Assembly: GCF_009914755.1 (NCBI RefSeq)
Contig: NC_060935.1
Source: the human T2T-CHM13v2.0 reference genome, Homo sapiens
DNA: 64,000 bases
Direction: 5' to 3' (one strand)
How positions within the stretch are numbered: position 1 is the stretch's first letter; every line of letters begins with the position of its first letter. The translations under genes were made by a program, and so were the position numbers. The notes beneath the pieces are model-generated. The model did not search any database and was not told the origin of the DNA. It saw nothing but the letters and a program-made list of their open reading frames with translations. Shown piece by piece: positions 12,791 through 26,988 of this stretch.

Positions 12791-15067
12791 ACCGTGAAGA
12801 TTAGACCTGGGCTTTGGGACTGACACCCGGAGCTCCTTGTGAGGAGGGGCAGTGAAAGAGCAGGTACGATTAAGATTAATTGATAACCTGTCTCTTTCTG
12901 AATAAATGATTAAGCCCATTCCTGTGTGCTCTAAGGCCATGCCAACAGACAATTGTATAAATCAATGTGCTAAGCCCTGGAATGCTCAAGAGCTAATTTC
13001 CACATTTTCACTCTGTTTCAGTGAGGAGAGAGCCCTGGGAGCAGGGGTTGTGAAGAATGTGGCTTGAACATTCTGTAGTCAACCTCTGAGTTGTGACTCA
13101 GTGAGTTCTCCTATAAAATGCCTTCAGAAAACCTGAAAACTCAACAAAAGATGTGCCCCAACCCCTCAGTGTGGTGGCTTCCTAGAGGATGAGAGGAAGG
13201 CCAGGTGGAGGGAGTCTGGACGGTGGAAAGTTCTGTATTATTCAACTTCAGACAAAAAAGCAAAATGGAAATTGAGTTAAAGAGACAGACAGATATCTCT
13301 GTGAAACAGACTCTCTTTCACAATCATTTTGACCCTGGGGTTGCCACTAACTCACCATTGTGACCTTTGGCCTGTCACATTCCATGTTTGGGTCCAGGTT
13401 TCCCAGTTTGTTCCCAAGATGCAAACCCCTTGGTGAAATACCTCGGCAGACTCAGGGCAAACCTCATGTGTTCTCAATCCGACAGCAAGGAAGGTGCCAT
13501 CTTATTCCTTCTCCCTCCCGCCACCCCCAAAGACTAGCCCTGGGTCCTCCTCATCAAATTTGCTTTCCTAAGACCGTCCCTGAGATGTAGCCATGAACAT
13601 CCCAGGCTTCTCATGTTTCCCGGCTTTTGCCCAGACTGTTCCTCCACTTAAAATCCCTCCCTTCCGCATCCTGCTACTGAACTCTTCTTCCTCATTTTTC
13701 CAGTGCAAATGTCTACAGTTCTGTGGCCAGGTAGCTCAGCCACTGGAGTTGTAGATTAATGAGACCTCCGCACAGAAATACTATTCAAAATACTTAACAA
13801 CTGGAACAGATGGGCACTGCCCAGGCAGAACACCCAACCAATCTGAACAGATGTTGGTCAAGACAGCCCATATGGCCATGCCAGCATGTTCCAGTGACCA
13901 TTGGCCCTGCCCACACCAAGGGTCATCACACCATAGCAGGGCTGCCTCCATCCCTAACTCACTCCTGGGCTCAGCAGGGATTAGGGCAGAGGATGGACAG
14001 CTCTTTACCAGCTGTGAAGCATCTCCAAGGGCAGTTCTGTAGCCACAGGATCCAGGGTTATTTCTAACCTACCCTGGACTAGGCAGTGGCATTGTGACTT
14101 TTGTAATCTCCACCGTCCTCCGGCACAAGGCACTTTAGTGAAAGGTTGCCAAAGACTGTGTCATCCTCCACGGTGCCACCCTGAAGCCTGCTTCACAGCT
14201 CCCTGCGGCCGTTGGAAAGAGGGAGACAGTGTGTGTTGATAAGGACAATTTATGTGCTGCATGTGTTTTGTCTATTTGCTGGTGTCCCGAGAGAAGCCGG
14301 CTTGCTGAGCCAAGGCTGCGGCAGCCAGAGAGACTTCCAAAGACATGAGACAAAAGTGCCCTGAGGCCTGAGGTGGGGCAGGGCTGGAGTAGGGGCCCCG
14401 ACAGCACTGTCCATGCTGGTGTTGATGAGTATAAGTACAGAGCAGAAGAGAAGGCCAGTACAACAGGCAGGCCTCACAGAATCACCAAGGAGCACTGGCT
14501 GTGGCCAATGTGACAGATTCATTTTCATCCGGGTACACAAAGACTCTAAACAGAGCCAGGTGCTGGTCATGTGTGATTCCTGCCTTCTGGGGATGCCTGC
14601 CAGGATTTTCTGCTTCCCTCGCCCACCTGTAATAGCTGCTGCATTTCCTGCTATTTTTGAGGTAAACACTGATCCAAGCAAGGACAGGGGCACGCTACAG
14701 TGAGACCCCAGCTGACCTCCCCTCCTCCTCCCCTGCCCCCTCCCCATGACACCCCCAGCCCTTGGCAGGACTTGGTCACCTGCTGCACTCACAGAGCAGG
14801 GCTCCTGAAGGGTGCAGCTTGTTATTAATTCAACAGGGGCTGCCGAGTGGGCACTTTATCCCGCCTGGCTCCTGCTACCCACTCCTGGCTAAGCTCACAG
14901 ACGAAGAGAAATTCTCCATCCAGGGGCCTAAAAAGAATGCACGTGGCTGCTGCATCTTTAGCAGGATAGAAGCAGCCAGGCAGGGAGAGGTTGTGCTTAT
15001 TCCTAAAAGGGTGGTCACTCTCCACATGCTGGGAGCCTCTTTTCTTTGAGACCCACAGGTGACCAGC

Positions 15068-15530
15068 CATTCACATTCAACATCTAATTATTGAAAGTCC
15101 ACCAGATGTCAGGCATCTGGTATACCAGATAGGGGGCTAAAGAGGACAAAGTCCCTGCCCCCAGGATGTTTACAGTTTACTGGAAGAGAAAGACAACAAA
15201 TGAGTAATCTAGTATTTCCTAGTATACATGAGGTTCCATGTATACTGTGTATTAGGAAAAACCAAGCAGAGGCAGTGGGAAAGAGTAGAATGGGCTGCTA
15301 GGGAAAGCCTCCCTGGAGAGGTGACATATGGGGAAGAGGGCTGAACAAAGTGAAGAGGGCATTCCCGAAAGAGGAAAGAGCAGGCAAAGGCTCTGAAGCA
15401 GGAACAAAGCTGATGTGTTTGAGAACAGCACAAGCTGATGGGTCAGAGCAGAATGAGAGGCTTCAGAGAGTGGAGGGAGAAAAGGGCAGGGAGCTGGGCA
15501 TGGCCAGGAGGCAAAGGGCCTTTGTTCCCA
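15068..15530 (-). mobile_element. L2 3' fragment
   Basis: CATTCAACATCTAATTATTGA...GACAAAGTCCCTGCCCCCAGG...TTTACAGTTTACTGG, then GGGAAAGCCTCCCTGGAGAGGTGACAT. Confidence 0.75.
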
Positions 15531-15579
15531 ATCATTCACTGCCCCTCCCTATAAGAGGGCTATGCATGCCTGTCCGTTG

Positions 15580-15919
15580 CCCCGTGGCTTGCAGTGCTAT
15601 CCAGTGGGGGATTCTGTGTCCCATCCCACAGTGACAATGAGTGACTGTCTCACTTGCTTGGACCACTGGAATAGGAGCAGAAGTGATAAACATGCACCAA
15701 TTTGAGAAGAAGCTTTAAGAGCCATTATGACTTACAGCTATTGTTCTCTTTTCCTCTGCCACAAGATGGAAACAATAGCTGCTCCCTCAGCCCAGTTCCT
15801 GGATTGTAGATATCGTGTGAAGCAGCGCAGACTTTCAGTGTGCAGTAGAAATACACATTGAGGGCTAAAAGCCTTTGTGATGTTGCTCCAGCATAACCCA
15901 GTGGAAACTAACCAACACA
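15580..15919 (+). mobile_element. Old MLT1 solo LTR
   Basis: AGAAGCTTTAAGAGCCA...TTTTCCTCTGCCACAAGA...CAGCATAACCCAG...CTAACCAACACA. Confidence 0.65.
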
Positions 15920-18540
15920 GCCTTTCAGCCCTCATCAAAGGTGATGCAACTTATTCTTCCTACAATTAATAATCATTACAGGGCTTTAGGAAGTAAGCAT
16001 TTTTAAAAGATTACTCTAGTTGTTGAGTGAAGAACGGACCCACATCAGCTGCACCTCTTTCTCCAACTCCTCACCACAGCCACAGAGCACAGCCACTGCC
16101 ACACACACCCCACAGAAGTGGTTGTCATGGTCCTGCAGAGAGGAAGATCTAAGATTTCCCTGAACCATCCTATTATCCCCCATGCTATTTTTATATCCCA
16201 AAATGAGAGGCATGGGACTCTAAGTCCTGCCAACACTCAACTCAGGAAGGTCGTTCATGTGCTCTTCCATAAAAACCAGGAGGGCCAGCAAAGCCTGGTG
16301 CTTTCCAGCTCTTTCCTGAGAAGTTACACTCAATTTGTCCCTTTAATGAGGTTTTTCCACAGCAGCACAGAACCAGTCTCCTGCTGAGTTATTGGTCAGG
16401 GAACACAAAGCCAATTCCACCCTGGTCTCCTATTTCTGGCAAGACCATCCTGGGGCTATTTCTCAAAGCAGCTGGTCCTTCTAGATGCTAGCCCTCTGTG
16501 TGCACACTTACATCTCATAATGGATGGTGACCTATCAGATGCCTTTGGGTCCTCCAGAGCAGCTGACCAGTGCCAAGTACATAGGAGGAGCTCAATTCAT
16601 ACATTCTGAATGAATGAAGAAATGTAGACTATCTGAATCCATAGGTGAAAATAAAATCCACGGGGTAAAAAGGTTTCTAGCTCTGTTTCTGGCTGGAAAG
16701 TGCACGAAAGCTGAGTTTAATCAATAAATAAGAGTTATAGCTACTAAATTCCTCTCCACCTGGCCCCAGCAAAGGATACATTTACATCTCATTCCCCAAA
16801 TGTAGGACATCCAAAGACCAGAGGTCCCATGAGACGCCACTTCTTCAAATGCCGACATTTTGAAGAACACACACCAAGATATTTCCAAAGCCCTGACCAC
16901 ATACGTGGTCAGGGAAAATGCTTAAAGCTTCAGCTCCTTTCAGAAAAGCAAAAATCAAACCAGACTTATAGCACTATCGGCCAGTAATGGTTAAGCTCAC
17001 ATGATGTGCAAGGCATTCACTGGGCTAGGAGGGAGAAATAAAGAAATAGCCCTGTCTGCAAGGAGCAGATGATCTCAATATCATTATAAGGCCCAAATAA
17101 ATGAATTATGGTCTTAGACAAGTCAACGGCTCCCCACAAGATGAAAGCACAAGGTCACACTCAATGAAATAGAGATGAACTGAATTCTTGTGAGGACATA
17201 GGAATTCGAAAAGGAATGGCATCATGAGCTGGGCTGGCTGGAGACAGATTTAAGCTTTGAAAACTGTGGTCAAGCAGAAAAGAGATAAGAGGACATACGG
17301 AGAGAAGTAAAAAGGGGAAGTAGAAGAAGCGGCCCCTGAGATTCCAGGGAACTTGGTTCCAAATGGTAGGACAAGTGGGCCAGCGGCAATAAAATTAGAA
17401 CAAAGTGTCCTTCCAGCAGCTGGGGACAGGAAGCTCGAGGATAGACACTGACCTATGCCAGGAAAGGCCTGGAAGTTATGTCCAGGGAAGAAGAAAAATA
17501 AATAAATAACACCTTGAAAACACAAGGGGACAGTTTGTATTTTAAAGTCTTGGAAAAGTAAATCAAAGTAAACAGGAACCTTGGAGCCATCAGGTTACTG
17601 TTGGAAAGCTGATGGGAGATGCCGTAAGAGAAATGGGTTCCTATTCTCCAGTGCATTTCAACTGGCCATATTCTCAGCAGTGAATGATGGAGGCAGAGCT
17701 CAGAGAAGCACGTCTGAACACGTAAGGACCGAGAGGCGAGTCCTCAGTGAAACACCCACAGAGAGCCGTTTGCCCCTTGAGATTCCTGAGGAGTGTGGAG
17801 AGCAAAGAAGCAAACCCAATGAGTCACAGTGTAAATTATTCCTATTAGTCAGTGCTATCTTATAAGCACACATACACATAAAGCACTTCTGCTGCAGACT
17901 GAAGTATGAAGGTTGTCTCAAGAGAAAGAGCTTATACAATCGAGGTGGACAATGAACTACGTACTTTTTTCATGAAACACTATTTTCACTTAAAAGAACA
18001 ACTGATGAACAAATCATAATTATTCATACTTGGGAATTTGGTGAACTTTTCTCAAAGTCTTGTCACTCCAAGGAAAATAAGTGATAATATTTTTCCCCAG
18101 TGATAAAATCCAAGCTTTTAAGGAAAATTTATAATTATGGAAAACTTGCCTCCACCACTATGAGCTTGACGGCTTCCCAACACCTAAAGACTTCTGATGA
18201 TATAAATGGTAATATTAATGGAAGTGATTTTTCACACTGTATAATAAAATATGTCCACATTTAGAAGATCTGCCTAACTCTGTGAGCTTATCCTTTCCAA
18301 ATGACTAATGTATAATATTACAAAATCATGCTTGGATAAAAGATATAAGCAAAGTACAAGGCAGACCACAGATTTTGATGTAACAGAATATAAAACATTT
18401 ACTGATGTGGTTTCAGATTTCACTCCAACTTCTAGAAACTTATCACTTGTCCAGTTTGGGTGTAGTATCAAAGAAGAATATCCATAATTATCTGAAAATA
18501 TTAAAATACTCCTTCTTTTCCCATCTACATATATCTGTGA

Positions 18541-18993
<453 letters not shown>

Positions 18994-19034
18994 TAAGTTT
19001 TTTTTTTTTTTTTTTTGGCTGTTGCTTTGGAAAC

Positions 19035-19399
19035 TGCAATAGACTGAATGTTTGTGGCCCCCCACCCACACACAAAAGAAGTCACATGCTAAAATCCTAA
19101 CCCAGGGAGGTGGGGCCTTCGGGAGGTGATTTGGTCATGAGGGTAGAGCCCTCATGGGTGGGATTTGTATCCTTACGAAAGAGAGTCCAGAGAGCTTTCT
19201 TATCTCTTCCACCATGTTAGGATGGAACAAGAACGTGGTGGTCTGTGAACCCGGCAGCGGGCCCTTACCAAATGCTGAATCTGCTGGCCCCTTGATCTTG
19301 GACTTTCCGGCCTCCAGAACTGTGAAAAATAAATTTCTATTGTTTATAAGCCATGCCATCTAGGGTATTTTATTATAGCAGTCTGAATGGACTAAAACA
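19035..19399 (+). mobile_element. MLT1A-type MaLR LTR
   Basis: TG...CA ends; GGGCCTTCGGGAGGTGATTTGGTCATGAGGGTAGAGCCCTCATG; CCTCCAGAACTGTGAAAAATAAATTTCT; ATGGACTAAAACA. Confidence 0.9.
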
Positions 19400-19885
19400 A
19401 ATTGTACCAAGAGTCTGTAGTTCTTTTTCACAAAAAGTGTGCTACTTATGTTAATTTATGTAATTGGGTTTATTATTGCCATTGTTAAATAAAATAATTA
19501 TTTTGAAATTTTCTCAGTTTAAATTTCTATTGTGGCAAATATTAACTGATACAACCTATAGCAACAAAACTCCCTTGGGGTTTTCAATAATTTTTACAAG
19601 CATAAAGGAGTCCTAAGACCAAAAAGTTTGAAAACTTCTGGCTTAAACTATAGCTAAAAGATAGGAAATTCTACCTGTTCAGGGCCCAGCATCCATAACT
19701 AGCCCCAGTTTCAGCCTCTGTGAAGTGAGATCTTCCCTGTTGACAGGCAGAAACCACCAGGAACCCTTTTGCTTAGGCTGTAGTCAGGACATAGTTGATC
19801 TTTTAAAAAAAATAAAACGTTTCAGCATTTATATTTAGCTGGTATGCACTGGTTCCACCATATCAGTTCTTAAAATACTGAAATA

Positions 19886-20226
<341 letters not shown>

Positions 20227-21179
20227 TTAGAAAAAGCTGCTTTCCCAAGTTACTTGAGAGATGCTTCCAGCACCCATTATCCTGACCCCTCCCCCAGTAT
20301 CCAAACCTTCCCCAAGAGCCAGCCACAAAACAGTTACTGCCTGGCACAGCAATTTGCTCTAGCACTATATGACTGGTTCTGATTGGACACTGCCAAATGC
20401 CACATTAGCTGTTTATATATTTGAATATCAACCTTCACTGGCTCACTTTCTCAGAAATGAGGAAACTTGGAGGCAATTTGAGACTTGGGCTGAAAGGGGA
20501 AGCATTCCACAGAGTTGAGCACTGGCTGGAAATGCCATGATTCCCATGTCAGTACGCCACGTATGCTGACCCCATCAGCAAAGCAGGCTTCCCTTCAAGG
20601 AATCCGTTACACACCAAATCAGTGAAGACTGCATCCCAGCTTTTCTGCAGGTTGCTAATGAGCAGTGAGCATATCCAAAGCCTCGATCTAGGAGGAAGCA
20701 CTCTGGAGCTCAGCCTAGGATTTGAATACAGGAGCTTTGCAAGACCATCAGTAGTCAAGCACGGAAAATACCCTACAACAGAAAAGCTGAAGTTGATGTT
20801 TTACATGGAATGCCCTCACCAATGCTGTTTCCAAAGTTATATCCTAGAGAAGTAATACCAGTCATCAACATCAAAACCAACCTATAACAAGGAAAATTAA
20901 CAGGCAACATTTCCCCTTGACTTCCCCTGGTAGGTGATCAAACTTAAAGAAGAGGGAAAAGTCAATGGTTGGTAAAGCCCACCCCATCTCTAGCCCCCAC
21001 CCTTTCATTTCATGAACCTCTTCTATGGTCCAAAGAATAATAAGAACACAAAATATAGAAATCCGAAAGGAAAGAGAGAGGCAGGGGGAGAAAGGAAGCC
21101 TTTCTACTAATTCACTAAGAGTGGCATGTCTCTACCAATAAATTACAAAATAGGCATGCTGTTTCCAGCTTCCACACTT

Positions 21180-21600
21180 TTATACACACAAGTCCTTCTG
21201 CTTGAGGCTCCTAACCCTTTCCCCAACTTTCTGCAGTTGAAATCTACCCCATCTTTCAGTGCTCAGTTCAAATACTTCTTTCTCCATGAAAACTTCCCCA
21301 AACCTACACACCCATCTGCTCAGCTGGAAGTGAGCCATACCCCCTTCCTGGTTTCATCCCCACCAACCTTCCCTCACACTTTCTTGTCCTTTTCTTATGG
21401 CACTAGTCACTTTTCACCTTGGGAATGGATTACTTCTGTCCATGTCTCCACTCCCCTATTGGACTGTGAGCTTTTTGTAGGCAGAACTACATCTCCCCCT
21501 TTGCATGCCTCCAGTCACCTAGCAAAGAATCTGGCATTTAGTGAGTACTGTTTAAATGTCTGTTGACTAAACCAATGGATGCACGGACAAATGGAAAGAA
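21180..21600 (+). mobile_element. L2 3' fragment
   Basis: CTATTGGACTGTGAGCT...CACCTAGCAAAGAATCTGGCATTTAGTGAGTACTGTTTAAATGTCTGTTGACTAA. Confidence 0.7.
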
Positions 21601-23278
21601 GAAAGGAAGAGTAGGAGGGAGGGAAGGAATAATGTTACACCTTGATTCCTGTGAAGCGAGTCAATTCTGGCCTCTGTCTACTAGTCATGAATTCTCTCCC
21701 TAGATCAGACAGGTGCTGGGCTCCACAGTATCCTTTTCTTCCTTATCACTCAGCATGCTAACCAACCTCATCCTCTTCCCAAATCTGGATGAAGACTCAG
21801 GGGTGCTGTTAAGCAAGAAGAGGCTTATCCAGGTCAGCTCCAGGCTCAGAGGAAATGTTTAGCTCTGTTTCCTCTATCCATAGAGGAGTACTGCAAACAG
21901 GTAATCTGGCTTCACTGTGGATCTCAAACGCCAGCTCCTGCATTTATTGAGAGTGACTTGTGATTTGTACTTTGCCACTCTACCTTTTGATGAGAACAGA
22001 TGTTATTTGTTTCTAACTCCCAGACATCTGGAACCGAGGAAATTCCCAATACCCAGTTAATTACCATCGAACAAGCAGTGCCCATTAGAACTCTACTAAA
22101 AGGGCCTGTTTTTGCCCAGGCCTGATGAAGCAGGGTCAGTTGCATCAGCAAGCAGAGTGACTGAAGTCAAAGCTGGCACAATACACTAAGCCCTATCTTG
22201 GGAAAGATTGCATACAAGGAATCCCTATGCATAGAATCACCTTCCCAACTGATGGAAGAAAATAAACTGACTCTGAAACCCAGACAAAAGAGATAATGTG
22301 TTTGGACTCTGCTGGTTAGCTCTCTGCCCCTCCCCCTGATGACCCCCATAGGAGTGGAGGGAGAAGCCAGGAAGGAAAGGGGGCTGCGTTAGTTTGCAAC
22401 TTGAGTCTCCTGCCACAGACCAGTGAGGAAGTGGGGGGAGAAGTGGCTAACTCTAGCATTTTTTCAAGAATAGAAGCACATTTATGAAACCAACAGATCC
22501 TTCTTGCTTCTCTGAATAAACAAGATCAAGAGCTGTAAAGAAAAAAACCAAAACAGACAAACAAAAATACAAGCAATCTCCTTTGTCAAAGGTAACAAAT
22601 GCCCACATTCCAAGAGCATCTTCACATTTTGCCGTATTGCTAAAAATGACTCCAAATATGAATCAAAAGGAAAACACTACACCATGGCTCCCCTTTTGCT
22701 GTTCAGCAGTCGTGGGAAACTGTTAGCTCCATACTCATAAGAGCTTCAACCACGAGAGGCATTCAGCAGTTTTAGGGGTTTTTTTTTTAAGGCCTTTAAA
22801 CAGCTGATTTGTACAACAAGACTCACAGCCTTGCTGAATGCTAATGACAGCCCAGCCCTCCTGGGGAGAGTGACACAGTTTGTCTATCGCCCCTCACTCC
22901 CAAGAGAGCCACTGAGCACCACATAAGCCAGGAGCTTCACAGACCTGATCCTGAGTTGGCTGCTCACAAAAATTCCCAACAACCTACTCTCAAATTTGTA
23001 GCCCAGATAGTCCATGGAAGGGAAAGCGAGAGCAGTCACATGTTTTATAGAATTGTTGGTGCCTGGAAAGAGAGTCCACATAGGCAATCACAACACCCAC
23101 TGCATCCAGAGGTGCAGAACCTGAGCCAGCCATTAAAGGAGTATGAGAGGCCCTGCAAAGAATCCAGATCTGAGGTTACACAGACCTAGGTCCTACTCCT
23201 GGCTCTGCCACTTGCTACCTTTGTGACTTTACCTAGGGGTGATATTCAAATATGTAATAACCAATGCAGCATGGTCAT

Positions 23279-23672
23279 GTGGCAGACACTGCTGTGTGTT
23301 CACTAAAACCACCTTCCTTTCTTCCAGGGAAACCAGGTAGACTACATTTCCCAGCTTCCCTTGCAGTCAGCGGCTGCTACATGGCTGATTCTGTGAATAA
23401 AATGTGGTGGAAATTAGGTGCTCCATGCGAGTCCTGGCTCATGGGCACCTCCATGCTCTTTCCATGTTCTCTCTCCCCGTATCTGCCGATTGCATGCAAG
23501 GGGTCACGCAGAAAGCGACAGGGCCCAAGCCTATGTCCTTGGATGGAAGGAAGGCTGCAGGCCCACAAGGAACTTCCACATTGCTTGTTGGGTAAGTGAG
23601 GGATATTTTCATTGTACTGGTTAAAGCCACTGGTTTGGAAGTTGACATTAAAATTAACTTTCCTTACTCTAC
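23279..23672 (+). mobile_element. Old MLT1 solo LTR
   Basis: TGTGGCAGAC start; AGACTACATTTCCCAGCTTCCCTTGCAGT hallmark; TTAAAGCCACTG near the 3' end. Confidence 0.75.
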
Positions 23673-23850
23673 CTATATTAGGCACCAACCAATCAGAAGG
23701 ACACTGGCTGTTCTGCTGCATCAGTGCAACAGGGATATACTAGTGAGATATCACTCCCAACTTGCTTTTGAATCTGTTTCCTCATTGATAAAATGAGCAT
23801 GTTACTGTCTGCTCAACAAGGATGCTGTGAAGATTGACTTGAATCTTGTA

Positions 23851-24561
23851 CAGTCACCCACCGCATGACGTTCGCTCAATGACAGAACACATATACAATG
23901 GTGGTCCCGTAAGATTACAATGGAGCCCAAAAATTCCTATTGCCTAGTAACATCACAGCCATCCTTATGTCACAGCACAATGCATTCCTCAGGTGTTTGT
24001 GGTGATGCTTATGTAAACAAACCTACCGCACTACCGGTCATATAAAAGTATAGAACATACAATTATGTACAGTACATAATCATTGATAATGATGATCAAC
24101 AACTATGTTACTGGTTTATGTATTTACTATATTATATTTTTACTATTATTTTAGAATATATTCCTTCTACTTAATTTTTTTTAAGTTAACTGTAAGACAG
24201 TCTCAGGTAGGTCCTTCCTGAGATATTCCAGAAGAAGGCATTATCATCATAGCAGATGACAGCTCTATGCATGTTATTGCCCAATGGGACAAGATGTGGA
24301 GGTGGAAGACAGTGACATTGATGATGCTGACTCTGTAGGCCTAGGCTACCGTGTGTGTGTGTGTGTGTGTGTGTGTGTTAGTTTTTAAGCCTTTTTAAGG
24401 CCTTTTTAAGGCTTTGTAAGGCTTAAAAGCTAAGACACACATACACACATTATTAGGCAATATTATCGTTGTGCAAACTTTATGAAGTTTGCACACTGAT
24501 AATACTGTGTTAACAATGCATTTCTCAGAACATATCCCCATCATTATGTGATACATGACTG
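23851..24561 (+). mobile_element. Tigger3 (TcMar) internally deleted element inserted at TA within a MIR
   Basis: TA|CAGTCA...TGACTG|TA ends; GGTGGTCCCGTAAGATTACAATGGAGC and GCATTTCTCAGAACATATCCCC hallmarks. MIR halves on both sides. Confidence 0.88.
24351..24378. repeat. (GT)14 microsatellite within Tigger3
   Basis: Read directly. Confidence 0.9.
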
Positions 24562-25074
24562 TATAGATAAAGCATCTAACACGGTCCTTGGCTCATGGTT
24601 GACTTTACTGGATGAGCCTCACTGCGTTCCTTCTCATCCATGTTTCTCAGGCTCCTCATTTGTAAATGCAAATTATTCCAATCACATCCTTCCAATTTTA
24701 TAGGCAAGTGGGGAGGGAGACCATAACAGCCTCCATTTCTCTTCCTACTTTACATCTCCAACTACAGTCATTCTGCCCACAAGGAAAGCAGCCCCCCCAG
24801 TGAGTCCTGCTGTCATTTTAAAACAACTTTATGGAAATGCTCCCTCCTGGGTGAATGTATGTGGTTAAAGGAGGCTGAGATAGTAATAGAAGTGCATTTT
24901 CTTTAGTGCCAGATGGAAATACAATGAGCCCAGCCATACAGATGTGCTCCCATACCCTTTGAAGGGACAAAAATACACACATTATCAGATTTGGGTCCTG
25001 AGAACACACCTATAATCTTGAAAGCCAATACCCAGCTGTGATTAGATGTTATGAAGATTTAAGGGTTTTGAGTT

Positions 25075-25312
25075 TGATGTAACACAGTCCTCAAGATCAG
25101 ACCACATAGAGTCAATTCCTATCCCAACACATGCTGACTGAGTGACCTCAGATACATGATTTAATGTTTCTGTGCCTCAATTTTATAATAGAAAAAGGGG
25201 ATAATAATAGCATATCTCAGTTTGTTGCTGTGAAGATAAAGTGAGATAATTTGTGCATAGCATTTAGCATGGTACCTGGCATGTAATAAAACTCAATAAA
25301 TGCTAGCTATTT
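25075..25312 (+). mobile_element. MIR
   Basis: TCTGTGCCTCAATTTT...GGGGATAATAATAG...CCTGGCATGTAATAAAACTCAATAAATGCTAGCTATT. Confidence 0.8.
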
Positions 25313-25988
25313 GGCACAAACCAGAAAAACTTTTCAGCAAGTTAAGGAGATTCCTATTTCTCTAAGCAAGTCCCTAGAAACATCATCAATCTGTCTCTGG
25401 CAGGCGTTTTTCTATTTAATGACTCTAAAGAGACAGAAAAGCTTTAATCAATGCCCGGAAGTGAAATGCTAAGAAATTATATGCACGGTTACGAAAAAAA
25501 ATCAAAGATGTTTCCCACACATTGTCCAGCAGACAAAAACATATTGACATGCTGTTCCTGCAAGGAAGTGGACTGAGTTTTCTAGATAATGTTTGAGCAA
25601 TTCATCCTTCCCGCAACTGTCCTCCACTTTCCAGGCAAATAATACCTCCAGCCAAATAAGGGGTTCACTCCCTCAAGTTCCTACCATGGCTCCCTGGCAG
25701 AACCATGCTCCCTCACCTTACCCCCACACACAGCACACGCCCTGGGTCTGGCACAAGCTCAAAACAACTTTCAGTTACGAAAAAGGGTATAAACCGCCAT
25801 TCCTTCTTAGAAAACCAGAAAGATGGTGAGAAACAGTGGGAACATCCTTCATGTAAAAATCCCACCACTCCCCAAAGCACATTTGGGAGTTCCAACTCTT
25901 TGAAAAGCCAAAAAACAGGAAAGGGGCTGATTTATTAGGCAGTCTGGGGCCCATACTGAAAATTTTTTGACATATCTTCAAAGTATAA

Positions 25989-26365
<377 letters not shown>

Positions 26366-26839
26366 GCTTCGTTTTAAGTCTGTCCAATGCAGCTCCCTTT
26401 AGGCAAGACGTACAGTCTTTACTTCTCTACAGGTTATAACTGTGCCCTGTTCTATCATAACAAACCCATACCACCCATTTACGTTGCCTGCCTAGCATTT
26501 CAGTTTGCGGACCCTGGAATAGAGGGTCTCAAGCCATTCTTGGTACTTTGTCAGCTCATGAGTCTAAAAAAATCTATGAGGTGAGAAGCCCATACTAAAT
26601 CCTTTCCTCAGTTTTCCCAGTTTCTGAAAGGTACTATGAAGCTTGGCCTTCCTTCTCTGCAAACAGACACTGATGTTAACAAAGGGGCTATAAGATGCGT
26701 GAGGAACTTTGTTCCTTTTTGTCCACGTGTCCAAATGTTAGCAAGATGCTTTATAGCCAGACCACATCTAATTTTTTTTTCTACCATTTCCAGAGGCTTC
26801 TTATAAGTGATTGTCACCCTTTAAAAATTTCCAGGCTTT

Positions 26840-26988
26840 AGTCCAATATGGTGGCTCATGCCCCTAACCCCAGTGCTGTGTGAGGCAGAGGCAGGAGAAT
26901 GGCTTGAGGCCAGGAGTTTGAGACCAGCCTGGGTAACACAGCAAGACCCCATTTCTAACAAAACAATAAAATAAAGTAAAATAAAATA
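26840..26988 (+). mobile_element. FLAM (free left Alu monomer) with a 17-bp TSD
   Basis: Single monomer plus A-rich tail. TSD AAAAATTTCCAG(G/C)CTTT at 26823 and 26988. Confidence 0.88.
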
